A model generated the notes under the pieces. That model worked only from the letters and a program-made list of their open reading frames with translations. It did no database searches and was not told the origin of the DNA. A stretch of 41,829 nucleotides of DNA, from assembly GCA_964543675.1 (NCBI GenBank), contig CAZIZJ010000001.1, positions 1-41,829 of the forward strand, read 5' to 3'. This DNA is from an uncultured Acholeplasma sp. GTDB taxonomy: Bacteria; Bacillota_I; Bacilli_A; Acholeplasmatales; Acholeplasmataceae. A program made the position numbers and the translations under genes. Of this stretch, positions 28,695 to 38,530 are shown piece by piece (position 1 is the first letter of the stretch; each line of letters begins with the position of its first letter).

Positions 28695-29900
28695 TTATAT
28701 CACCTTAATTAACTTAAGAATTCTTCTAGTTTGTACCATAAAATTCTTTTCTTTTAATATAAAATCTCTTGCTTTACAGCCCTTTTCACTCAATTCACTA
28801 CTTGATAATGAGGTGATTTTCTTAAAGATTGTAGCTATGTTATCAATATTGGAACTACCAATATCTATAATATAGTCGAAATATTCCTCAGGAATACCAG
28901 ACAGTCTAAATGATAATACAGGCTTACCAACCAACATATATTCAATAATCTTTGATGGGAAACTATACTTGGAATTTGTTTCAATTGGAAGTCTCATATT
29001 TACTAATATTGTTGATTTTAATTCTAACTCTAATAGTTTTTGTTTATCTACATAACCAAAAAAAATTATTCTTTTATCTATTTTTGATATTCTTTCAATT
29101 TCTGCCGACAACTTTCCAGTTCCTGCAATCCATAACTCATATTCCTTTTCTTCGATTTTTGAAAATGCATCGAGCAATAATTTGAGTCCGTAATCTTCCT
29201 CTAAAATACCAGCATACATTATAATTTTCTTTGAATCATTTGGTTGAGTAACCAACTTTAAAGAATAATCTTCAGGTTTTATTAATCCCTCCATCAGAAT
29301 ATAATCATCATTTTTCAATCCTAAAAAATCAACCATATGCTTCGCGTATAAAACATAGTAATCTACATTTTTCATATACTTTTTTATTATCTTCCAGTCA
29401 ATTGATTTTAAAAACCTCTTAAATTTTGACTGTTGCAAATCCATATACAATGGTAAATCGGGAACTATTAAAACAATTTTTGCATATGGTAATTTCTTTT
29501 TAATGTGTTTTGTCGCAATCATTGTATGAGAACCCATTGCATAAATAAATACAGTAACATCAGAATCTTTGTTATGTCTAATCCATTTTTTTACCGCTTT
29601 TCCCATTGAAATATTTCTTGATAATTTATTCAAATATGGAATATTTATTATACTAATGATTGAATTACTATTAAGATTATCGTCAGTCCACCAATATTTT
29701 TTGATAAAAATCTTTTTATACTTTGGAAATGTTGGAACTATTAGATTATTTATTGAATCCATGTTCAAAGAGAGATTTTTTTCAATCCCAGATATAATAC
29801 TTTCTTGTGATTTATATCCCGACATTAAGAAACCACCATTCTTAACAACTTGCGTTTCTAAATGCTTATCTAGTTTATTCCCTAACCAAAGATATTTCAT
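28695..29900 (-). CDS. Glycosyltransferase family 4 (GT-B)
   Basis: MYAG, IAGTG, SFPSKIIEYMLVGKPV motif. Confidence 0.85.
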   Translation of the reverse strand: MKYLWLGNKLDKHLETQVVKNGGFLMSGYKSQESIISGIEKNLSLNMDSINNLIVPTFPKYKKIFIKKYWWTDDNLNSNSIISIINIPYLNKLSRNISMGKAVKKWIRHNKDSDVTVFIYAMGSHTMIATKHIKKKLPYAKIVLIVPDLPLYMDLQQSKFKRFLKSIDWKIIKKYMKNVDYYVLYAKHMVDFLGLKNDDYILMEGLIKPEDYSLKLVTQPNDSKKIIMYAGILEEDYGLKLLLDAFSKIEEKEYELWIAGTGKLSAEIERISKIDKRIIFFGYVDKQKLLELELKSTILVNMRLPIETNSKYSFPSKIIEYMLVGKPVLSFRLSGIPEEYFDYIIDIGSSNIDNIATIFKKITSLSSSELSEKGCKARDFILKEKNFMVQTRRILKLIKVI

Positions 29901-29910
29901 CTTTACATCC

Positions 29911-30837
29911 TCATCTATTTGATATAACTTTAAATTCTTCCCTTAAAATATCAATAACCGATGGATAATAACTACATAGATTACTAAGTTGTTTATAATA
30001 CAATTTTTCGTTTTGATCATTGATTGTTGTTAAACTGTTGACTTGAGAATCCTTAATATAGTATAGGTTAAACGAATTATGATTCACCACATTAATTTTA
30101 TAGAATTTGAGTATGCACATAAACCAAAACCATAAGTCATCATTTGTTGGTGCAATCATCATAAAAATGTTTTCATTTGTGACATCATCATGCAGGCATC
30201 CCGGAGGATACAGTACCCCTCCAACACCGGTTTGCTGGTGTAAGAAACTCGGATATTGATACGTATTATTTACTATGGTATCAGATCGTTCAAGGTTATT
30301 ATCTTTAAAATGCATCTTTGCTGCTCTTAAACAATGAACTGAGTCTTGCGATTTTTGCCATGCACAGTACAATTTCTTAAGCCATTTTCTCGGATAGTAT
30401 ACATCATCATCAGCAGTTACTAATATATCATTTGGATATAATTTCAATGCAGGTATAAGTTTTTTATAGGATTTTACATCGTTTGTCCATTTTATATCCA
30501 ATCCGTTTTTTTTCATTTTCAAAAGAGTTTTAGGTAAATTAAGTTCAAAATCGGGAAACTGTTCTTTTGCTAACCATAATATCACTTTATCGGGCTTAAC
30601 AGTTTGATTTAATAATGTTTTGATGCATAGATGAACATATCGTATTCTTGCTGGAAACGACGTTAAGGTAACAATAAGTTTTTGAGATCTCTCAGTTTTT
30701 GTTACACCCTTACCATATAGTGGTGTAATATGCAGTTTAAACTTCATAAACTTATAGCGCATGTATTCTAGCAATGCTCTAATAGTTCCCCGAAAACCTT
30801 TATTTTTAATTTTGTTGAAAATGCTATTTAGTCTCAT
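29911..30837 (-). CDS. GT-A fold glycosyltransferase
   Basis: VTLTSFPARI, KSYKKLIPAL, VTADDDVYYP, GVGGVLYPP, NDDLW. Confidence 0.8.
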   Translation of the reverse strand: MRLNSIFNKIKNKGFRGTIRALLEYMRYKFMKFKLHITPLYGKGVTKTERSQKLIVTLTSFPARIRYVHLCIKTLLNQTVKPDKVILWLAKEQFPDFELNLPKTLLKMKKNGLDIKWTNDVKSYKKLIPALKLYPNDILVTADDDVYYPRKWLKKLYCAWQKSQDSVHCLRAAKMHFKDNNLERSDTIVNNTYQYPSFLHQQTGVGGVLYPPGCLHDDVTNENIFMMIAPTNDDLWFWFMCILKFYKINVVNHNSFNLYYIKDSQVNSLTTINDQNEKLYYKQLSNLCSYYPSVIDILREEFKVISNR

Positions 30838-31910
30838 AGTTTATTGTTACCATCAATTCTTAACTTCAACTCTGTCATGATTTGCTTGATTTCAGAATTC
30901 AAATCCTCCATTTTGACTGAGTTTAATATGTATCTTCTAACAAAACTATCCATTTTTCCCGACATAACGATAGGTTTAACATCTACTTCAGATAGTAAAG
31001 AGAAAATGCAAGTATGCATTCTAGGTGATATTACTAATTCGCTAGAAGAAATTAAATCAAACATACCATTTATATCTTTATAATTTGCAACGTCTACTGT
31101 TGCATTATACTTTTCATATGCATATGATTTAAAATCAATAGCAGTTTCTAAATCACTTCTATCTGCGTAAATAACGGTGACAATGCTATATTTATCTTGT
31201 AATTGATGATACTCTGTGAACAGTTTATCATAGTATTCACTTTTGCTTTTAACATCAATATTTTTGTGTTTCTGAATTCTGCTATACTTTGTTATGCCTA
31301 GAAGAGCCCTATTCTTTTTATTCTTTAAATCGCCTTTTGCTGCTAAACTAAAAACAATATCAGGTATCAAGACACTACTAATATTAAAGTTCTTCTTTAT
31401 ATTGACAATTGACGCACTATCACGAACATAACTGAAATCGATAAATCTCAAAGCCTTTTTGAGTAATAGCTTATCCCAGAGCGAATAATTATCAGTCACA
31501 CCAACACCAAAAAGAACCACTTTAGTATCCCTGTTTGCTTTTTTAGCCTTTTTAATCCACGTGTTAATCGCTACTGGAAAAATCGTATTAGATTGTATTA
31601 ATTCACCACCGCCAATAATGATTGCTGAAAAATTATGTTCTGTCAAAATAGAGAACATTGGATTATTATTCTTGCTCCAACGCAATCTTGTTTTAAAATT
31701 TGAGATCCATTTAGGTATTTTACTTTTTGGTTTATCATTCGTATTCTTAATCGTTGAATCGTAAAAATCTCTGCCATCATGTTGTTGTGTTAAATCTTTT
31801 AATACAACCTCAAAATCAACATTTTCAAATGCATTTTTCATAGCTATTCCAATAGCTTGATCGCCTAGATTGCTACTATACGCACAATTTAAGATTAGAA
31901 CCTTACTCAT
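30834..31910 (-). CDS. Polysaccharide pyruvyl transferase family protein
   Basis: NLGDQAI, IIGGGEL, FGVGV, YVRD, PDIVF, RMH motifs. Confidence 0.85.
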   Translation of the reverse strand: MSKVLILNCAYSSNLGDQAIGIAMKNAFENVDFEVVLKDLTQQHDGRDFYDSTIKNTNDKPKSKIPKWISNFKTRLRWSKNNNPMFSILTEHNFSAIIIGGGELIQSNTIFPVAINTWIKKAKKANRDTKVVLFGVGVTDNYSLWDKLLLKKALRFIDFSYVRDSASIVNIKKNFNISSVLIPDIVFSLAAKGDLKNKKNRALLGITKYSRIQKHKNIDVKSKSEYYDKLFTEYHQLQDKYSIVTVIYADRSDLETAIDFKSYAYEKYNATVDVANYKDINGMFDLISSSELVISPRMHTCIFSLLSEVDVKPIVMSGKMDSFVRRYILNSVKMEDLNSEIKQIMTELKLRIDGNNKL

Positions 31911-33373
31911 TTTTTTGATACCTTTCTATACTTTAGCATATTAATAAATACTTCGTTTTTGAATACAAATGATAAGAAAACGTAGATTATCAAACCAATT
32001 ATAGCTTGAAACAATAAACTCATAATATTATTGATTACAATTGCTGAATCTAATAGGTATTTAACCATGAAAACCGAACATGCCATTACTATTGCTAAAA
32101 ACGTTGTAGGAAGAACATCCATTAGTTGCTCTTTGTAAGAATAGTTTATCACTTTTGTATTAGGATACATATTTATAATAAAATTGATAAATACTTCAAT
32201 AGCAAACCCTATAGCTATATAAATGGGACTATCAAAAACTATAACTGTGATTATAAGAATACTGAATCCAATAATGTTCTTTATTATTGATAGTTTTAGA
32301 TTGATTTCGCTTTTCCCTAATGCCTTGTATACTTGCAAATTTGCAGTCGTTATGGGTTGTAGTAAGAAAGCTAAACACATAATTCGCATATATGGAACAA
32401 TGGGCAACCATTTATCTGTCAATATTACAGATGTAAAATCTTCAGCCACTACGAATAATCCCATCATGAATGGATATAGAAAATAAATGCTTATTTTCAT
32501 GAGTTTTCTAGTGGTTTCTTTAACGACTGATAAGTTTTCCTGATTATTCGAAAGTGCAGGAAATAGAACCTTTGTGATAGATGTATTTATATTTCCCACA
32601 ATCAGTTTAGGAAATTGTAATCCCTTATTATAATAGGCTAAGTCTTCAATATTATACTTTGACCCAATTGATAATCCTCTAACATCCTCACTTAACGTAT
32701 TTAAAATATCTACAACTAAGATTTTCCATCCAAATCCAAACAGAGATTTCATGCTTTCAATTGAAAATTTTAGTTTTGGAATAAATTTCTGTACTATCAA
32801 TAGTATAATAGTTGTAATAATGCCGACAGATAGTTGTTGCACAACCAATGACCATACACCATAACCAAGATAGGCACAGAATATTCCTAAAATTGAAGAC
32901 ACTATAATTGCTCCAAAGGATACATAAAACAACTTTCTAAATTGCATTTTCTTTTCGAGAATAGAAAATTGAACCGAGTTAATACCACCAATTGGTAGCA
33001 TCAGTCCTAATACCTTCAAAATTCCGTCCAATTCTGGATTATCATAAAAGTCTGATATAAATGGAGCAATTAAAAATAATGCAACATATAGCACTAGTCC
33101 CATAATAGTAGAGAATATTAGTGTTGTGGAATAATCAATATCGGTAGCATGTTTTTTTTGTATTATTGCTTTTCCAAAACCACCCAACACAAAAACATTC
33201 AAGAAATTTATTATAATTGTGACCACTGATATGATACCATAGTGTTCGGGCAATAAAAGTCTCGCCAAAATAATAGTTAATAATAAACTTAAACCTTGCG
33301 AAAACATCCTCTCTGAGTATGTCCATATAATGCCTTTGTATATGCTCCTATTTAAATGATCATTACTATTCAT
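31907..33373 (-). CDS. wzx: Wzx flippase (WzxC-like)
   Basis: ILARLLLPEHYG, AIIQK, GYGVWSLV, VLFP, DKWLP; multi-TM. Confidence 0.9.
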   Translation of the reverse strand: MNSNDHLNRSIYKGIIWTYSERMFSQGLSLLLTIILARLLLPEHYGIISVVTIIINFLNVFVLGGFGKAIIQKKHATDIDYSTTLIFSTIMGLVLYVALFLIAPFISDFYDNPELDGILKVLGLMLPIGGINSVQFSILEKKMQFRKLFYVSFGAIIVSSILGIFCAYLGYGVWSLVVQQLSVGIITTIILLIVQKFIPKLKFSIESMKSLFGFGWKILVVDILNTLSEDVRGLSIGSKYNIEDLAYYNKGLQFPKLIVGNINTSITKVLFPALSNNQENLSVVKETTRKLMKISIYFLYPFMMGLFVVAEDFTSVILTDKWLPIVPYMRIMCLAFLLQPITTANLQVYKALGKSEINLKLSIIKNIIGFSILIITVIVFDSPIYIAIGFAIEVFINFIINMYPNTKVINYSYKEQLMDVLPTTFLAIVMACSVFMVKYLLDSAIVINNIMSLLFQAIIGLIIYVFLSFVFKNEVFINMLKYRKVSKK

Positions 33374-34041
33374 AGTTCGTAGCTTTCTTTTATACTCTTG
33401 AAAATCATTTTATGTTTATTATACTTTGTCTTTCCTGATAGTTTGCTTAATATCATATAATTCATACTATTTAACACATTAATAGGTTCAATGATTATAC
33501 ATTTTATTTTTTTGTTTAGAACCGCAGCCAATGCTGCCCTATGTTTTCCATCATAAATGTAATACTTACTATCTACCTTATAAATGATTATAGGATCATA
33601 CTCTTCACGCAACATCTCTTCTTTTCTATTATTAAATACCTCCAAAAAGTATGTATCATTTTCAATATATGATATGATTGAATTTCGCTCATCAAGTGTT
33701 CCATTAATCATTTTATCAATATACTCTGAGTGTTGCCAATCTTCACCGAGATGCATTTTTTTCATAAAATCAAAATGTGGGGATTTAGATAATGGTGTAC
33801 CTAATAAAGTGTGTTTATCGTTAAGAAAGTCAATTCCCAAATACAAATCAGTTGTCAAAACATTATTATTTATTATGTAATTGGAAAATTTGTGTTTTTC
33901 ACTAGGAAAATATGGGAAATTTAGAACTTTAAATCCATTCTTATTTTCGTATATTTTGATTGTATTCATTTTTGAATATATCTTATTAACGATTCTGTTA
34001 TAAAAAATCATAATTCTTCTAAAAAAATTAACTTTTCTCAT
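33370..34041 (-). CDS. ParB/Sulfiredoxin-fold protein
   Basis: PIIIYKVDSKYYIYDGKHRAALA matches the ParB/Srx core; no obvious HTH. Start moved to ATG 34041 (SD GGAG). Confidence 0.7.
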   Translation of the reverse strand: MRKVNFFRRIMIFYNRIVNKIYSKMNTIKIYENKNGFKVLNFPYFPSEKHKFSNYIINNNVLTTDLYLGIDFLNDKHTLLGTPLSKSPHFDFMKKMHLGEDWQHSEYIDKMINGTLDERNSIISYIENDTYFLEVFNNRKEEMLREEYDPIIIYKVDSKYYIYDGKHRAALAAVLNKKIKCIIIEPINVLNSMNYMILSKLSGKTKYNKHKMIFKSIKESYEL

Positions 34042-35338
34042 ATAGTTCTCCAACTAATTTTGGGTGGAAATCATCTATATTATCATACGCTAACTTCTGA
34101 AGCTGTTTTGAGTTTTCACCATTTGCTAAATTCAAATACAATGAACTGTTTCCCATAAACAAAAACAGATAATAATGAATATCCCCACTTAATCCATGCG
34201 TTAAGTACATTAAAAAAATCATAATAATCATTAACACGGCATATCTATTACCTGTTTTTATTCCTTTGAAAAGAATGCCTAGTGGTATTATTATTGCTAG
34301 TATAAATCCCATATATCCGTAAGATATCAAGAGGTCTATAAATAGCGAATGTACATAAGACGTATTGATAAGTACACTTTCATTAATAATCCTATTTGAG
34401 ATACCTGGACCAACACCAAACAATATTCCAGTAATTCCACTTCTATTTACCATGAAATTGTGATAGAATTGCCAAATCTCGTCTCTCCCATTAAATCCCT
34501 CGGTATTAGCAAATAAAGCATCAAAATCTATAAGATTGTTTGATGCAATAATATAAAACACTGGTATACTAAGCAATAAAATTACTCCCATGAAACGTTT
34601 TTTCTTTGTATACATTAGTGCCATTAGTATAAAGACAGTTATGTACGCAATTATTGCTGATCTAGACTGTGATAAAAATAGTAAAATTACTAGCGAAATC
34701 ATACATATAATTAAAAATAGTGATATTTTTTTCTTTGTAAAAAACTTTATAGATAATAAAAACAAAACTACTAAAACACTATCGGCAAATTCTTTTTTGT
34801 TTCCATCAAAAGTGAGTCTACTGTATACAAAAATTGCGTCAGCAATAAATAATTGAATAACTACAATTACAACAATTGTTCCAAAACCTATAAGCAAGGC
34901 GGTATTTAATTCATCAAATTCTTTTTTGAATAATTTTCTTGAACTCATGAAAAAATATAATGATAAAAGCATTATATAAACAATCAAAGTGTTAAAATTT
35001 GTTTGGTATCCTATAATGAATGATATGATTGCTGAAATCATTATAAGGATTAAATGAATCATACTTTTATGCGTAACATGATTATTTTTTTTTATCATAT
35101 CTATTGCATGAGATACAAAGATAATAATTATCGAAGAAATCAAAAACATTGCGCTTGCATCAGCAACCAGAGGTAAAAAAACTAAATACATTGAAGTTAG
35201 AATGATTGGTTTTCTAATATAAAACAATGCGAATAGTGTAATGGTTGCAAATGATAAAATCTCATTTCCTATAAAATATAGAGTTATACTTGTAATTCCT
35301 GCCAATAGGTATAGTATTACATTTCCTTTATTTGTCAT
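34028..35338 (-). CDS. wzy: Wzy polymerase / O-antigen ligase-family membrane protein
   Basis: Many TM segments; SQSRSA, GRDEIW, LFGVG, HSLFIDLLISYGYMG. Likely start ATG 35338. Confidence 0.8.
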   Translation of the reverse strand: MTNKGNVILYLLAGITSITLYFIGNEILSFATITLFALFYIRKPIILTSMYLVFLPLVADASAMFLISSIIIIFVSHAIDMIKKNNHVTHKSMIHLILIMISAIISFIIGYQTNFNTLIVYIMLLSLYFFMSSRKLFKKEFDELNTALLIGFGTIVVIVVIQLFIADAIFVYSRLTFDGNKKEFADSVLVVLFLLSIKFFTKKKISLFLIICMISLVILLFLSQSRSAIIAYITVFILMALMYTKKKRFMGVILLLSIPVFYIIASNNLIDFDALFANTEGFNGRDEIWQFYHNFMVNRSGITGILFGVGPGISNRIINESVLINTSYVHSLFIDLLISYGYMGFILAIIIPLGILFKGIKTGNRYAVLMIIMIFLMYLTHGLSGDIHYYLFLFMGNSSLYLNLANGENSKQLQKLAYDNIDDFHPKLVGELYEKS

Positions 35339-35342
35339 AGGT

Positions 35343-35984
35343 TTACTTTTCACCAAATTTAAACATAAAGTTTTCAATATCTAAAAACTGAATTGCATTT
35401 TCTCGTATCCATTCGTCAGATCTATCCCACCATTTAAATCTTAACAAAAAATCGATTTGTTTTTCACTGAATCTATATCCAATATGCTTCGCTGGTATTC
35501 CTCCAACAATAGCATAATCTTCAACATCATTAGTAACAATTGCGCCAGGTAATACAATCGCACCATTACCTATTTTGATTCCAGAGTTTATTCTAACATC
35601 ACTTGCAATCCAAACATCATTACCTATTTCTACCATATAGGATGAAGCTGATTCTAGGTACCTGAATTCCTCATAATATTGCTTGTTAGCATATGTTTTT
35701 GTAGAATAATGTCTTTTAGCATAAAAAGCGGGATGCACTGAAACAAAAACACTGGTAGGATGATTTCCAAATAATATTTTTACATTTGATGCAATGCAAC
35801 TATATTTTCCAATTTTGCAGTAAAATAACGATGTATTCGATCCAACGTATGTCATTGAGCCTACAAAACATCTATGTATTCTTGAAAATCGTCCGATTGA
35901 TCTAGAAGACTCGAATTTACTTTTTGTAACTCTTGAAAGCAAATAGCCATCTATAAGTTGTCTAATTTTTCTCATTTTTAGCAC
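35343..35984 (-). CDS. CatB-related hexapeptide O-acetyltransferase
   Basis: IGKYSCIA, GNHP, IGNDVWI, GAIVTNDV, VGGIPAK, WWD. Start ambiguous (GTG 35984 or ATG 35975). Confidence 0.85.
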   Translation of the reverse strand: MLKMRKIRQLIDGYLLSRVTKSKFESSRSIGRFSRIHRCFVGSMTYVGSNTSLFYCKIGKYSCIASNVKILFGNHPTSVFVSVHPAFYAKRHYSTKTYANKQYYEEFRYLESASSYMVEIGNDVWIASDVRINSGIKIGNGAIVLPGAIVTNDVEDYAIVGGIPAKHIGYRFSEKQIDFLLRFKWWDRSDEWIRENAIQFLDIENFMFKFGEK

Positions 35985-36214
35985 TCATATGTTTAATTCC
36001 TCGTTTTCGCTAAATTGAATAACGCCATACTCACTGACAACTAATTTTTTTTATTTTTAGTATGATATCAATGACTTGTTTTGATAATTCTAGATTCAGA
36101 AACATTAATGAATATTTGACCACAGTCAATCGTTTTTGATGAATTCATCAACATATTCGTTGTTAAGTTGTTTCCCTTAGGAACTAAACTCTATAATAAA
36201 TTTGTAATATGTCA

Positions 36215-36445
36215 TGATTTTACCACATATGATGGTGATAATATATATTATCTACCATCTTTTCTCTAACTTTTATTCAATGAGTTTAGCAACTTCTTGA
36301 TGACACACTCAATATAAATTAAAGGTACTTCAATTTCCAGATTATTAATCCGAATCAATAGTTCGCTGGTTATTTTATGTGAGCAAGTTGTTGCTCTTTT
36401 GTTACAATTTTGTTTACACCATTGTATCACCACTACTTACATATT
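36215..36445 (-). pseudogene. Possible eroded IS66 tnpA/tnpB remnant
   Basis: Minus strand: YVSSG in one frame, then 36436-36266 reads VVVIQWCKQN...LLIRINNLEIEV..., followed by MVDNIY/SPSYV across a frameshift. Resembles IS66 TnpA (SG..V.QWC..N) and the TnpB start. By-eye match only. Confidence 0.3.
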
Positions 36446-36521
36446 TATACTGTTCTGCATTATGTAGCGATACTAATTAAGAATTAACTGATCCTTGATG
36501 AAAAAAATGATGTAATCGTGT

Positions 36522-36776
36522 GAAATAATCATTAAAGGAAAATTAAAAAAGCGATTATTTTATCCTTAGATTGTATGGCGACATTTCTTTAGGATAAAAT
36601 GCTCGCTTTTGTGGCTTAAGGAATATCAAATGAATCAATCAAGAGTATGTCCCAAATGTGGAGAATATCAAATTCTAGTTAAAAATACTATAAATAAAGA
36701 TGTAAATACAAACACTTTCATAGAACATTTTTTTAATGAAACACTAACTAGATTCTTACACTTAATCGATTACTTC
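36522..36776 (+). mobile_element. Possible internally deleted ISL3-like remnant
   Basis: Long imperfect hairpin 36547-36610; ORF fragment MNQSRVCPKCGEYQILVKN (CxxC zinc-ribbon-like); degenerate IR GAAATAATC-ATTAA (36522) vs TTAATCGATTACTTC (ends 36776). Confidence 0.3.
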
Positions 36777-36877
36777 TTTACGCAGTTTATTGGATACATG
36801 ATTAGTTCCTATCACAGCAATCTCAAACGTTATTTATTAATATGTGTGGGATGCAGCATTTTCATTGTTTGAAAATA

Positions 36878-38005
36878 CTATTTACTACTTAGATGTGCCT
36901 TAATAATGCTACAAATCAATACGACATCTTTCTTTTTTAAGTATGGATGCATCGGTAATGAAAGCACTGTATCGCATAACGCAATCGTGTTTTTATTATC
37001 AATTTCGTAGCTAATATTAAAGGCTAACTGTTTATGCATAGGTTTAGGATAGTAAATTAAACTTGGAATACTATTAGATAGCAATAAGGCTTGTAGCGAG
37101 TCTCTTTCTTGCTTACTTCTTAATCTGATTGTGTATTGTGCATAACTAGAAATATATCCTTCTGGAATTACTGGCACTTCAACAACACCTAATAATTCTT
37201 GATTGTACATCTTGGCAACTTCAATAACATCGTTTAATTCATGATTGGTAAATATTGTCAATTTAACATTTAAAACTGCAGCTTGAATTGTATCTAACCT
37301 AGAATTCATACCTATTCTAACATTATCATACTTATGACTTCCTTTACCATGAAATTTGTATGATCTTAATAGTGCATTCATTTCATCATCATTCGTAAAA
37401 ATAGCACCCCCATCTCCATAGCAACCTAATGGTTTTGCAGGAAAAAATGAAGTAATAGCGGCATCACCAAAACTACAGGCAACTTTACCATTAATACTGC
37501 CACCAAATCCTTGCGCGCCATCTTCTAAAACTAATAAATTATACTTTTTAGCTATACGCTCTATCTCATCATAGTTGGCTGGTAGTCCAAATAGATCAAC
37601 TGGTATGATAACCTTTGGCTTTAGCTTGCCTTCACTAATAATTTGGTTGATTTTTATTTCCAAATCTTGAGGATCCATATTAAATGTTTCCTTTTTAACA
37701 TCAACAAAAATCGGAGTAGCCTGTTCATATGAGACCACCTCACCTGTCGCAAAAAAGGTAAAATCTGGAATAAAAACAGCATCACCCGCCTTGATCCCCC
37801 AAGACATTAAAACAAGCGTTAGAGCATCTGTTCCGTTTGCACAAGTGATGCAATGTTTTACACCCACATATTTTGCAAGTCTTTCCTCAAGAATTTCGAC
37901 CTCTTTACCACCAATAAAGTCGCCTCGAGTCATTACCTTTTCAACAGCGAGATCAATCTCTTTTTTATATGTCAAGTATTGTGTTTTTAAATCTCTAAAT
38001 TCCAT
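36878..38005 (-). CDS. wbpE: DegT/DnrJ/EryC1/StrS aminotransferase (WbpE/WlbC-like)
   Basis: ANGTDAL, VDLFG, EDGAQGFG, SFFPAKPLGCYGDGG (PLP Lys), NSRLDTIQAA. Confidence 0.85.
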   Translation of the reverse strand: MEFRDLKTQYLTYKKEIDLAVEKVMTRGDFIGGKEVEILEERLAKYVGVKHCITCANGTDALTLVLMSWGIKAGDAVFIPDFTFFATGEVVSYEQATPIFVDVKKETFNMDPQDLEIKINQIISEGKLKPKVIIPVDLFGLPANYDEIERIAKKYNLLVLEDGAQGFGGSINGKVACSFGDAAITSFFPAKPLGCYGDGGAIFTNDDEMNALLRSYKFHGKGSHKYDNVRIGMNSRLDTIQAAVLNVKLTIFTNHELNDVIEVAKMYNQELLGVVEVPVIPEGYISSYAQYTIRLRSKQERDSLQALLLSNSIPSLIYYPKPMHKQLAFNISYEIDNKNTIALCDTVLSLPMHPYLKKKDVVLICSIIKAHLSSK

Positions 38006-38008
38006 GTT

Positions 38009-38530
38009 TTATTCCTCGATTTTTCGCAGTGTTTCTTTCGCTATATTGCCAAATTCATCAACCCAACCTACTTGTTTTGCTGGAACTCCAACCATCAGTG
38101 CAAAATCAGGTACATCCTTAGTGACCACGGATCCTGCACCAATCATTGCCCATTTTCCTATCTTTATGCCACATACGATTGTTGCATTCGCACCGATTGT
38201 TGCACCATACTTAACCAGTGTTTTAAGATACTTATCGCTACCTTTAGGATATTTGCTCCTTGGTGTTAAGTCGTTTGTAAAAACCATCGATGGTCCGCAA
38301 AAAACGAAATCCTCAATTTCAACACCTTCATAAATTGATACATTGTTTTGAATTTTGACATGATTGCCAATTTTAACACCATTACCAATATTAACGTTTT
38401 GTCCCAACGAACAGTTTTCACCAATCATTGCGCCACTTTGGACATGGGAAAAATGCCAAACTTTTGTCCCTTTACCAATAGACACATTATCATCTATATA
38501 TGAACTTTCATGTACAAAATATTCCATCAT
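38009..38530 (-). CDS. wbpD: Sugar N-acetyltransferase (WbpD/WlbB-like)
   Basis: [42 protein letters not shown]. Confidence 0.88.
   Translation of the reverse strand: MMEYFVHESSYIDDNVSIGKGTKVWHFSHVQSGAMIGENCSLGQNVNIGNGVKIGNHVKIQNNVSIYEGVEIEDFVFCGPSMVFTNDLTPRSKYPKGSDKYLKTLVKYGATIGANATIVCGIKIGKWAMIGAGSVVTKDVPDFALMVGVPAKQVGWVDEFGNIAKETLRKIEE

Noticed and set aside
35085..35093. Phase-variable homopolymers (T9 here in wzy; 8-mers at 3061 and 33152 in wzx genes)
   Set aside because: A/T runs of 8-9 are expected at this AT content and the frames are intact.
35343..35984. Chloramphenicol/streptogramin resistance gene (catB/vat)
   Set aside because: Same hexapeptide family, but its position directly before wzy points to glycan O-acetylation.
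36609..36872. Functional 87-aa protein
   Set aside because: Opposite orientation to the operon, a single CxxC and no other recognisable content; more likely a transposase remnant.
37791..38333. 180-aa plus-strand ORF and the other short ORFs overlapping called genes (e.g. 11070-11450, 13156-13548, 29569-29922, 7687-7986)
   Set aside because: Antisense or alternate-frame shadows of well-supported genes, with no recognisable motifs.
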